DNA of 64,000 bases, taken from Planctomycetota bacterium (GTDB taxonomy: Bacteria; Planctomycetota; JAJSAM01; JAJVHW01). The position numbers were made by a program, and so were the translations under genes. The first letter of the stretch is position 1. Every line of letters starts with the position of its first letter. Positions 56,491 through 64,000 of the stretch are shown in pieces. The stretch lies in assembly GCA_965248445.1 (NCBI GenBank), contig CBDFJG010000003.1:224001-288000 (forward strand), read 5' to 3'. The notes under the pieces were generated by a model that saw only the letters and a program-made list of their open reading frames with translations, was not told the DNA's origin and ran no database searches.

Positions 56491-57399
56491 ATGTTCCGTG
56501 CAGCCATCCTCCGCATCGCGGTGCTGCTCGCCGCCGCCCTGTCGGCAGCGTGTGGTGACCCCGCCAACACAACCGGTCCGCCCGCCCCCGTTGCGGCGGT
56601 CGATCGCATCGTGTCGCTCAATCCTGCGCTGACCGAGACGATTCTCGCGTTGGGCGCAGGGGACAAGCTGGTCGGACTCGGGAAGTACGACCCGCCGGTG
56701 CCGGGGAAGCCCGACCTTCCCCGGCTCGGCGACGCGCTTTCGGTCAGTCTGGAGGCGGTCGTGGCGCTCGAACCGGATGCCGTCCTGGTCAACGGCGTCG
56801 GTCTCGCCGAGCGGCTGCGGCCGATCGACGGGCGCGCACCCGTGTACTTGATCCCGACGGACTCGTTGCTCGACGTGCGTCGCGCGGCCGTCCAACTCGG
56901 CGAGATGACGGGACGGGCCGACGCGGGGTGGCGACTGCAGGGCGGCATCGCCGAGGCCGTGGAACTCGCCCGCGTCCGCGCCATGGTGCGCGAGAAGGAA
57001 CGTGCCTCTCCGGGGCCGCGCGTGCTCGTCGTCGTGCAGCGCCGGCCGATCTACACCGCGGGCGCCGCGTCGTACCTGCACGAACTGTTGCAAGCCGTCG
57101 GTGCGCAGAACGTTGCAGGCGACCTGGAGGCCGCCTGGCCGACGCTCTCGGAGGAGAGCGTGCTCGCGCGTATGCCGGACGTCATCCTCGACGCATCCGT
57201 GGGCGACTCGGACACCGCGGAGGGCCGCGCGAAGCTCCTCGCGGGCTGGCGCGAGCATCCCGGGATTCCCGCCGTGGCGAACGACCGCGTCATCGTGCTC
57301 GGCAAGGAGGGTGAACCTCTCTTCCGGGCGGGCCCGCGCGTTCCCCAGGCACTGGCGCTGCTCGAGAGGCTCCTCTACGACGAGGAACGCGCCGAGTGA
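56491..57399 (+). CDS. btuF: Cobalamin ABC transporter substrate-binding lipoprotein
   Basis: Lipobox LSAAC, RIVSLNPALTETILALGAGDKLVG, IPAVANDRV, RAGPRV. Confidence 0.88.
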   Translation: MFRAAILRIAVLLAAALSAACGDPANTTGPPAPVAAVDRIVSLNPALTETILALGAGDKLVGLGKYDPPVPGKPDLPRLGDALSVSLEAVVALEPDAVLVNGVGLAERLRPIDGRAPVYLIPTDSLLDVRRAAVQLGEMTGRADAGWRLQGGIAEAVELARVRAMVREKERASPGPRVLVVVQRRPIYTAGAASYLHELLQAVGAQNVAGDLEAAWPTLSEESVLARMPDVILDASVGDSDTAEGRAKLLAGWREHPGIPAVANDRVIVLGKEGEPLFRAGPRVPQALALLERLLYDEERAE

Positions 57400-58421
57400 C
57401 ACGTGGCGCGCCGGTCACAGCCGGCCTGTTCGCGCGCGTCGTTCTCGCGGCGCTGGTGATCGCAGTCGTCTCGGTGGCGGTGGCGTCGTCAGTTGGCGCC
57501 GAGTCGGTCGACGTCGCCGCCATCCTCGGGGGAGGCGGTAGCGATACCCACCGCGCGATCCTGTTCGACATCCGGCTGCCGCGCGTCCTGGCGGCGGCCC
57601 TGGTCGGCGGCGTGCTCGCCGTCGCCGGGACGACGTTCCAGGCGCTGCTTCGGAACCCGCTGGCCGAGCCGTATCTGTTGGGGATCTCCGGTGGGGGAGC
57701 GTTCGGCGCGGTGCTCGCCATCGTGGCGATCGGAGCGACGGCCGGAGCGCTGCCGGCCCGAGTGCCCGCCGCGTTCGGCGGGTGTCTCGTCGCACTCGGC
57801 GTCGTGTACGCGATCGCCGTCCGGCGCGGTGCGTTCCATCCGGCGACGCTCCTGCTCGCGGGTGTCGTCGTCAACGCGTTCTTCCTCGCCGCGCTCGCGG
57901 CACTGCAATACGCGGCATCGCCCGAGGAGTCGCAGGCGATCTTGCGATGGGTGATGGGCGGCTTCACGGCGCCCGCCGCCGCAGAACTGTGGCTGCTTGT
58001 GGCCGCTGCCGTGCTGGTGCTCGTCGTGGTCCTGCGGGACGCGAGGCGTCTGGACCTGCTCGCGTTCGGGGAGGCGACCGCGCGTGGACTCGGAGTCGAC
58101 GTGCACGGCACCCGCCGTCGGTTGTTCGTCGTGGCGGCGCTGGCCACGGCGTGTTCGGTTGCCGTCGCGGGGCCGATCGGGTTCGTAGGCCTGGTCATCC
58201 CACACGCGGTCCGCCTGGTCGTCGGGAGTGGCCACAGACTCGTCGTGCCCGCGTCGTTCCTCGTGGGCGCCGGGTTCCTCGCGCTGGCCGACGCGCTGGC
58301 GCGCGTGGCCCTGGCACCGGCTGAGTTGCCGGTCGGGATCGTGACGGCGGCGATCGGAGCGCCGGCGTTCGTCGCGCTGCTCCTGCGGTCGCGGGCACGG
58401 GGGGGGGCACTCGTTGCCTGA
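57396..58421 (+). CDS. btuC: Cobalamin/iron-chelate ABC permease
   Basis: IRLPRVL, QALLRNPLAEPYLLGISGG, GPIGFVGLVIPH, ELPVGIVTA. Confidence 0.9.
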   Translation: MTRGAPVTAGLFARVVLAALVIAVVSVAVASSVGAESVDVAAILGGGGSDTHRAILFDIRLPRVLAAALVGGVLAVAGTTFQALLRNPLAEPYLLGISGGGAFGAVLAIVAIGATAGALPARVPAAFGGCLVALGVVYAIAVRRGAFHPATLLLAGVVVNAFFLAALAALQYAASPEESQAILRWVMGGFTAPAAAELWLLVAAAVLVLVVVLRDARRLDLLAFGEATARGLGVDVHGTRRRLFVVAALATACSVAVAGPIGFVGLVIPHAVRLVVGSGHRLVVPASFLVGAGFLALADALARVALAPAELPVGIVTAAIGAPAFVALLLRSRARGGALVA

Positions 58422-59217
58422 AGCGCCGCTGCTGCTGACCGGTGTCTCCGCTGGGTACGGGGCCCGCACGGTCGTGCGCGACGCCTCGTTCAGCGCGGGA
58501 GCGGGAGAGATCGTTGCACTGCTCGGCGCCAACGGCTGCGGCAAGACGACGCTCCTGCGCGTGGCCGCCGGCCTGCTCGTCCCGAGCGCGGGCACCGTTC
58601 GCGTGGCGGGGGCGGACCCGGTCGCGCTGGGACCGCGCGAGACCGCTCGGCGCGTGGCGGTCCTGCCGCAGGACTCCGGTCCGGTGTTCCCCCTGACTGC
58701 GATCGAGTGCGTGCTGCTCGGCCGCGCGCCGTGGCGTCCGGCGTTCGCGTTCGAGAGCGAGGATGACGTCACCGCCGCACGCGCTGCGCTGGCGACGGTT
58801 GGCGCCGAGGCGTACGAGAGCCGTTCGATCGACACGCTGTCGGGGGGCGAACTCCAGCGCGTGCACGTCGCACGGGCGCTCTGTCAGGGCGGCGACGTGC
58901 TGCTCTCCGACGAACCGACCGCGCACCTCGATCTGGCCGGTCAGGCCGAGGTGTGGCGGCTGTTCGTGCGTCTCGCTACCGAGAGGCGCGCCATCGTGGT
59001 CGTGACCCACGACGTCAATCTCGCGGCACAGGCCGCACACACGGTCGTGCTGCTGGCACCGGGTACCGACGGCGTCACCACCGTCCGCGCCGCCGGTGCG
59101 CCGCGGGACGTGCTGACGGCCGAACACCTCTCTGCGGCGTTCGGCACCGAACTCGACATCGTTCACGGTCCCGACGGCACGCCACACGTGCGGCGCCGGG
59201 TCCACCTCACCCGCTGA
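58414..59217 (+). CDS. btuD: Cobalamin/iron-chelate ABC ATP-binding protein
   Basis: GANGCGKTT, LSGGELQRV, DEPTAHLD, VTHDVNLA. Confidence 0.88.
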   Translation: MPEAPLLLTGVSAGYGARTVVRDASFSAGAGEIVALLGANGCGKTTLLRVAAGLLVPSAGTVRVAGADPVALGPRETARRVAVLPQDSGPVFPLTAIECVLLGRAPWRPAFAFESEDDVTAARAALATVGAEAYESRSIDTLSGGELQRVHVARALCQGGDVLLSDEPTAHLDLAGQAEVWRLFVRLATERRAIVVVTHDVNLAAQAAHTVVLLAPGTDGVTTVRAAGAPRDVLTAEHLSAAFGTELDIVHGPDGTPHVRRRVHLTR

Positions 59218-59228
59218 AGGACTCCTCC

Positions 59229-61250
59229 ATGCTCCGTGTACCCGCCATTGCGCTCTCGTTGTGCATCTCCGCTCTCTGCTTCGCAGACGACGGCGGTTCG
59301 AGCGACCTCGAGAAGGAGATCCTCGTCGTCGCGAAGCGCTGGAAGGACGTCGTCGGGAATGAGACCGCCTCGGTGGCGGTGATCGGGGCGAGCGACATCG
59401 CGCGGGAGCAGTCGTCCCGGGTGGACTCGCTCCTGCGAGAGGTGCCCGGCGTGTACGTCGTGCGCGACGGTCCGGCGGGTCAGTTCTCGCGGCTGTTCAT
59501 CCGGGGTGCGGCATCGAACCAGACTCTCGTGGTCGTGGACGGTATCCCGCAGAACGACGCCACCACCGGTGGCGGGTTCGATTTCAACGATCTGACCACG
59601 ACGGGCATCGAGCGGATCGAGGTGCTGCGCGGGAGCTACGGCGTGCTGTACGGGAGCGAGGCGATCGGTGGAGTCGTGCACGTGACGACCCGGCGGGGCA
59701 GCGGTCCGGGCCGCGGATTCGTCCGCTTCGAGGGTGGCTCGTTCGGGACGCACCGGGAGAGCGTGGGCTATTCGTTCGGGGACGACGTGTGGGACGCCGC
59801 GCTTACTCTCGGCAACTTCCGCACGGACGGAGAGCGGGACGACGAGGAGCACACGACGCGAGACCTGTCCGCCCGTCTCGGGTACCAGGCGCACGAGCGG
59901 CTTCGGTTCGACGCGACGGTGCGCGTTGCCGACTCCGAGACCGAGTCCCCGTTCGACTTCCCGTTCGGGACGATCCTCCCGCCCGACGGGAACATCACCC
60001 GGACGCGCGACACGGTCTCCGTCGGTGGCATCGTCACGTGGGATGCGCTCGATTGGTTGACGGTGCGCGCTGCTGTGTCCCGGCTCGACGTCGAGAGCGA
60101 GTTCGAGAACGGCCCGGACGGTCCGACGCTCATCGACCCCGACTTCACTCCGGGCAGCGGCGACGAGTTCACGGTGACGCGCGACGAGTTCACATCTCGC
60201 AGCGACGAGACAGACGACCGCTGGCGGCTGGAGGCGACGGCGTTCCTGGGCGATGCGCTCGGCTGGACGGCTCCGGAGGAAGGCGGCATCGACGTCGAGA
60301 TCACCGCCGGCCACGAGTGGATCGAGGAGGAGAGCGCCACGAGCAACACGTCGCCGGAGTTCAATGCGGCGACGACCACGACGACCGAGCGACGGGACGT
60401 GGTCGACACCCGGGCGGGGTTCGCTCAGGCATCGGTGTACCTGCCCGACCTGCTCGGACTCACGGACGGCGTCGTCACGGCGGGCGTCCGCCGGGACCGG
60501 CACGAGGCGTTCGGGTCCGAGTCGTCGCCGTACCTCGGAGCGCGTGCGCGTGTGCTCTCGACGGACACGACGCTGCGCGCGGCATACGGAGAGGGCATTC
60601 GCGCGCCGAAGCCGAGCGAACTGTTCGACGCGTTCGTCGGCAACGCGACACTGGGTGCGGAGACCTCCGAGAGCGTCGACATCGGTGTGGAGCAGCCGCT
60701 GCTCGACGGCGACGTCACGATCGGGGTGACCTGGTTCCGCCTGCGTGTGGAGGACCTGATCGCGTTCGACTCGACCTTCACATCGGGCACGCGGCCATTC
60801 GGCGCACTGGTCAACTTCACGCGCACGGAGACAGAGGGCACGGAGTGGTCCGCAGTGTGGGACTTGGGGGACGGATTCCGCGCGCGCGGCACGTACACGC
60901 GCCAGAACCCGCGCGACCGGACGACCGGCGATCCGCTGCCGAACAGGGCGCAGCAGTTCGGCAGTGTGGGGGTGACCTGGGAACGTGGTGCCGTGGCCGT
61001 CTCGCTCACCGGCACGTTCTCCGGCCGGCATCACGGGCAGGGCGGCGAGATCGTGTACCCCGAGGGCCGCGAACGGGAGGAGCCCGGCCGCCGCCGCGTC
61101 GTCGATCTGGCCGCGCGCTACGGAGTCTCGCCGTCCGTCACTGTGTTCGGCCGCATCGAGAACCTGTTCGACGACGATTGGGTAGCGACCCCGACGAGCC
61201 CGGCCGGCCCGCCGCTGGGGGTCTACGCCGGCCTGCAGATCGACTTCTGA
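59229..61250 (+). CDS. btuB: TonB-dependent receptor (cobalamin)
   Basis: Plug LLREVPGV..FIRGAASNQTLVVVDG..IERIEVLRG..LYGSEAIGGVV; RIENLFD; terminal Phe; riboswitch context. Confidence 0.88.
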   Translation: MLRVPAIALSLCISALCFADDGGSSDLEKEILVVAKRWKDVVGNETASVAVIGASDIAREQSSRVDSLLREVPGVYVVRDGPAGQFSRLFIRGAASNQTLVVVDGIPQNDATTGGGFDFNDLTTTGIERIEVLRGSYGVLYGSEAIGGVVHVTTRRGSGPGRGFVRFEGGSFGTHRESVGYSFGDDVWDAALTLGNFRTDGERDDEEHTTRDLSARLGYQAHERLRFDATVRVADSETESPFDFPFGTILPPDGNITRTRDTVSVGGIVTWDALDWLTVRAAVSRLDVESEFENGPDGPTLIDPDFTPGSGDEFTVTRDEFTSRSDETDDRWRLEATAFLGDALGWTAPEEGGIDVEITAGHEWIEEESATSNTSPEFNAATTTTTERRDVVDTRAGFAQASVYLPDLLGLTDGVVTAGVRRDRHEAFGSESSPYLGARARVLSTDTTLRAAYGEGIRAPKPSELFDAFVGNATLGAETSESVDIGVEQPLLDGDVTIGVTWFRLRVEDLIAFDSTFTSGTRPFGALVNFTRTETEGTEWSAVWDLGDGFRARGTYTRQNPRDRTTGDPLPNRAQQFGSVGVTWERGAVAVSLTGTFSGRHHGQGGEIVYPEGREREEPGRRRVVDLAARYGVSPSVTVFGRIENLFDDDWVATPTSPAGPPLGVYAGLQIDF

Positions 61251-61356
61251 TCCGGCTGATTGTGACTGTGGTTGCGGGCTCGGAGCCGATCTTGTGTTCA
61301 CCCCCTTGTGGACCTCGTTCGGGGGTCCCGTACGCTGTTCCGACAGGGGGTGCGAG

Positions 61357-62591
61357 ATGACAAGACTGGGCAAGTCACTTCGTCTGAGTTGCTGCGCCGT
61401 CGCGGCGACGATGGCTCTCTGGGCCACGTCGGCCACCGCGGAGGCCGCGACGATCAGGGTGCCGAATGATGCTCCGACGGTCGCCGGCGCGCTGGCTCTG
61501 GCGGAGAACGGGGACAAGATCATCCTCCTCGGCGGCTCGTACAACGAGACCGTGGAGGTCAACGGGCTCTCGGATCTCACGATCAAGGCCAGGGGGGGGC
61601 CTCGATGGTGCAGGCCGCCAACGGTCCGACACCGCTGACGTTGAGGAATTGCACGCGAGTACGGGTCATCGGACTGGCGATCGTCGGCGGCTTCTACGGC
61701 CTGGACGTCTTCGACTCCGCCGACATCAAGATCAACAAGTGCGACATCCGGGCCGGTGACGGCGACGGGATCCGCGTCTTCGACTCCGCACGCGTCAAGG
61801 TGGCGAAGTGCCTGATATCGGATCGAAAACTGACCGGCGTGTACGTCGCGCAGCTCGGCGCGTCGCCGCCGACGGCCGTGCAGGTCGTGGCCTGTACGAT
61901 CTCGCGTGCCGGACTCTACGGCGTGCTCGCCCAGCAGGGCTCCGGCCATGCGGTGCTCCGCTGCCGGGTCTTCGACACAGGGAGGGTCGGAATCGAGTTG
62001 AACTCCAGCGACGGACTGATCGAGCGGAACTTGGTGGTGCGTGTGACGACCTTCGCAGCGCAGGCGGTCCGTGGTGACAACAACGTGGGCCGCAAGAACA
62101 GGGCCGAGGCCGCAGGGAAGGAGGGGTTCTTCGTCGGTGGGACGAATGCACTGATCGAGAAGAACCAGCTCCGGAACTGTGCGTTCGGCATCTGGTGTCC
62201 CGGCGCGAACAACACGATCCGGAAGAACCTCATCGACACGACGACTTCCTGGGGCATCCTCATGTCCGTCGGCGAGGGCAACCTGGTCGAGCAGAACACG
62301 GTCATCGGCGCCGGGATCACCGCGCTCGGGATCTACTCCAACAACGGGGAGTACCGGTCGAACAAGTTGAAGCTCGGCAAGTCGTTCGGCGTCGACGTCC
62401 ACAGCGACGGGAACGAGATCGTATCCAACACGACGGTCATGTCGGCGGGCACGGCATTCGTGGCTCGGGCAACGGCGACCGGCAACACGATTGCGCTGAA
62501 CAAGGCGAAGAAGAACCTCGGGAACGGTCTCGACGACCTGAGCGCGCCAGGCGCGAACACCTTCCTCGACAACGTGTTCACCGGTCTCTGA
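61357..62591 (+). pseudogene. Secreted right-handed beta-helix (NosD/pectin-lyase-like) protein, frameshifted at a G8 tract (61592-61599)
   Basis: Signal plus ATIRVP..GDKIILLGGSYNETV in one frame, Asn-ladder repeats in the next; G9 restores a single ORF. Confidence 0.75.
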
Positions 62592-62707
62592 CGGGACGTC
62601 GCTCCGCGGGATGTTGTGGCGCGGTGCTGGGCACCGCGCCACCGCCCAGTCCGGGACCTCTGCTACGGCGTCCGCTAGGCTCCGCAACCGCGGAGGTGGA
62701 AGGGGCC

Positions 62708-64000
62708 ATGCAGAGACGAATTGGACTTGCTCTGGCGGCGACGATTGTGCTCGCGGCCGGGTGCTCGCAGGAGTCACCCACACCCCCGGCAGCGCCTTCT
62801 GCCGTCGACGTCGCCGATGCTCCGTCCGTCCCGTTCGAGGGGATGGAGGCGCCCGAGGGCGCGCGACCGAAGAGCGTGGTGCTCGTCATCGCGGACGGCA
62901 TGGGCCCGCAGCAGGTGGCGCTGCTGCTCGACTGGGCGGAGGCGGCGGATGCGGGGATCCCGAGCTTCCAGTACCTCGCCGCGAGCGGCACGCTGGGGAT
63001 CGTGCGCACGGGCGCATCGAACTCGCCGCTGACGGATTCAGCGTCCAGCGCGACCGCGTTGGCGACCGGCGTCGAGAGCTACAACGGCGCGATCGGGGTT
63101 GATGACGCGAAGGAGGCGGTCGCGACCTGTCTCGAGGATGCGCAGAAGAGCGGCCGCCGCACGGGACTCGTATCGACGACGCGGCTGACACACGCGACAC
63201 CGGCGGCGTTCGCCTCGCACGTCGCGCGGCGGAACCTTGAAGCCGAGATCGCTACGCAACTGCTCGCGAGCGGTGTGAACGTGATGCTCGGTGGGGGTGG
63301 CCGCTTCGTGAAGCGCGCGGCCGGCGAGGCCGCTGGCTACACCGTGGTCGACAGCGAGGAAGGGTTGAACGCTGTTCCGACCGGCACGGACAGGCTGCTC
63401 GGCGTGTTCGCCGACTCGCACCTGCCGTACTTCATCGACCGCGACGGCGTCGGTGATCCCGACGACGCGCCGCAGTCGCCGACGCTGGCTGAACTCACCT
63501 CCCGTGCTCTAGAAGTGCTCGAAGGTCCGCAGGGCTTCTTCCTGATGATCGAGGCGGGTCGTATCGACCACGCCGGGCACATCAATGACGTGGCCGGTGT
63601 GCTGGGGGAGCTGCGCGAGTTCGACGACGCGCTCGAGGTGTTGATCAAGCACCAGCTCCACAACCCAGACACTCTGGTCGTGGTCACCGCGGACCACGAG
63701 ACCGGCGGTCTCGCGATCACCCAGGGGGGCGCGCCACTGCGGCCCGAGCACTTCCTCGAGATGGCGAAGGCAGAGCGTTCGCTCGAGGCGATCGCGCGAG
63801 ACGAGCCCGAGAAGGAGACGGTCGACTCGAAGGCCACGTTCGGCGTCGGGCGCCGCCACTTCTACCCGCCGTATTCGTGGTGGGAGACCTCGCGCGCGCT
63901 GGAGCGATCCGCGCAGTACAACGTCTCGTATGCGTCGCAGACGCACACGACGACGCCGGTCGTGTGTATCGCCGTCGGCCCCGGGCAGGAGCACTTCGGA
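62708..64000 (+). CDS. Alkaline phosphatase lipoprotein (runs off the window edge)
   Basis: Lipobox LAAGC; VLVIADGMG, TDSASSATALATG, THATPAAF, FFLMIEAGRIDHAGH, VVTADHETGG. Confidence 0.93.
   Translation, partial: MQRRIGLALAATIVLAAGCSQESPTPPAAPSAVDVADAPSVPFEGMEAPEGARPKSVVLVIADGMGPQQVALLLDWAEAADAGIPSFQYLAASGTLGIVRTGASNSPLTDSASSATALATGVESYNGAIGVDDAKEAVATCLEDAQKSGRRTGLVSTTRLTHATPAAFASHVARRNLEAEIATQLLASGVNVMLGGGGRFVKRAAGEAAGYTVVDSEEGLNAVPTGTDRLLGVFADSHLPYFIDRDGVGDPDDAPQSPTLAELTSRALEVLEGPQGFFLMIEAGRIDHAGHINDVAGVLGELREFDDALEVLIKHQLHNPDTLVVVTADHETGGLAITQGGAPLRPEHFLEMAKAERSLEAIARDEPEKETVDSKATFGVGRRHFYPPYSWWETSRALERSAQYNVSYASQTHTTTPVVCIAVGPGQEHFG

Noticed and set aside
59163..62783. Very long antisense or alternate-frame ORFs (e.g. 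1206 aa here; also 10815-13049, 4790-6481, 51440-53077)
   Set aside because: Shadow ORFs of real genes in high-GC DNA; Arg/Pro-rich with no motifs.

Overview
A GC-rich (about 70% by eye) diderm bacterial chromosome segment, most likely Planctomycetota. The assignment is inferred from an ECF sigma/Ser-Thr kinase pair, LolCDE, an LpxL-like acyltransferase, a TonB receptor and an archaeal/eukaryote-type ProRS. Housekeeping content: leuS, proS, tRNA-Ala(GGC), lolC/E-lolD, yciH/SUI1, a cobalamin riboswitch ahead of btuFCD-btuB, and alkaline phosphatase. Mobile content: an IS66 (8-bp TSD) splitting a kinase-STAND-TPR gene, an IS1595-family element, and a phage-type tyrosine integrase with its excisionase. 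The most striking structure is at 28186-33599. Next to the integrase lies a tandem array of very small integrase-less single-gene modules. They are delimited by a 15-bp core (CTACTTGATRTGRGA, 3 copies, reading S-H-I-K-stop on the minus strand with only synonymous variation), a 130-bp left-end repeat (2 copies, 114/130 identical, ending in arm-type direct repeats) and a right-end motif (CATACCGWGACCG, 4 copies). A long hairpin with three extrahelical bases sits inside the array. The array looks integron-like, but the integrase is not IntI and there are no canonical attC sites. Other oddities: a 23-aa Cys-rich lipopeptide gene, a catalytically dead SMC/SbcC-like protein, pervasive leaderless promoters, and several single-G frameshifts that may be sequencing errors. 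All product calls come from motif recognition by eye, not from database searches.
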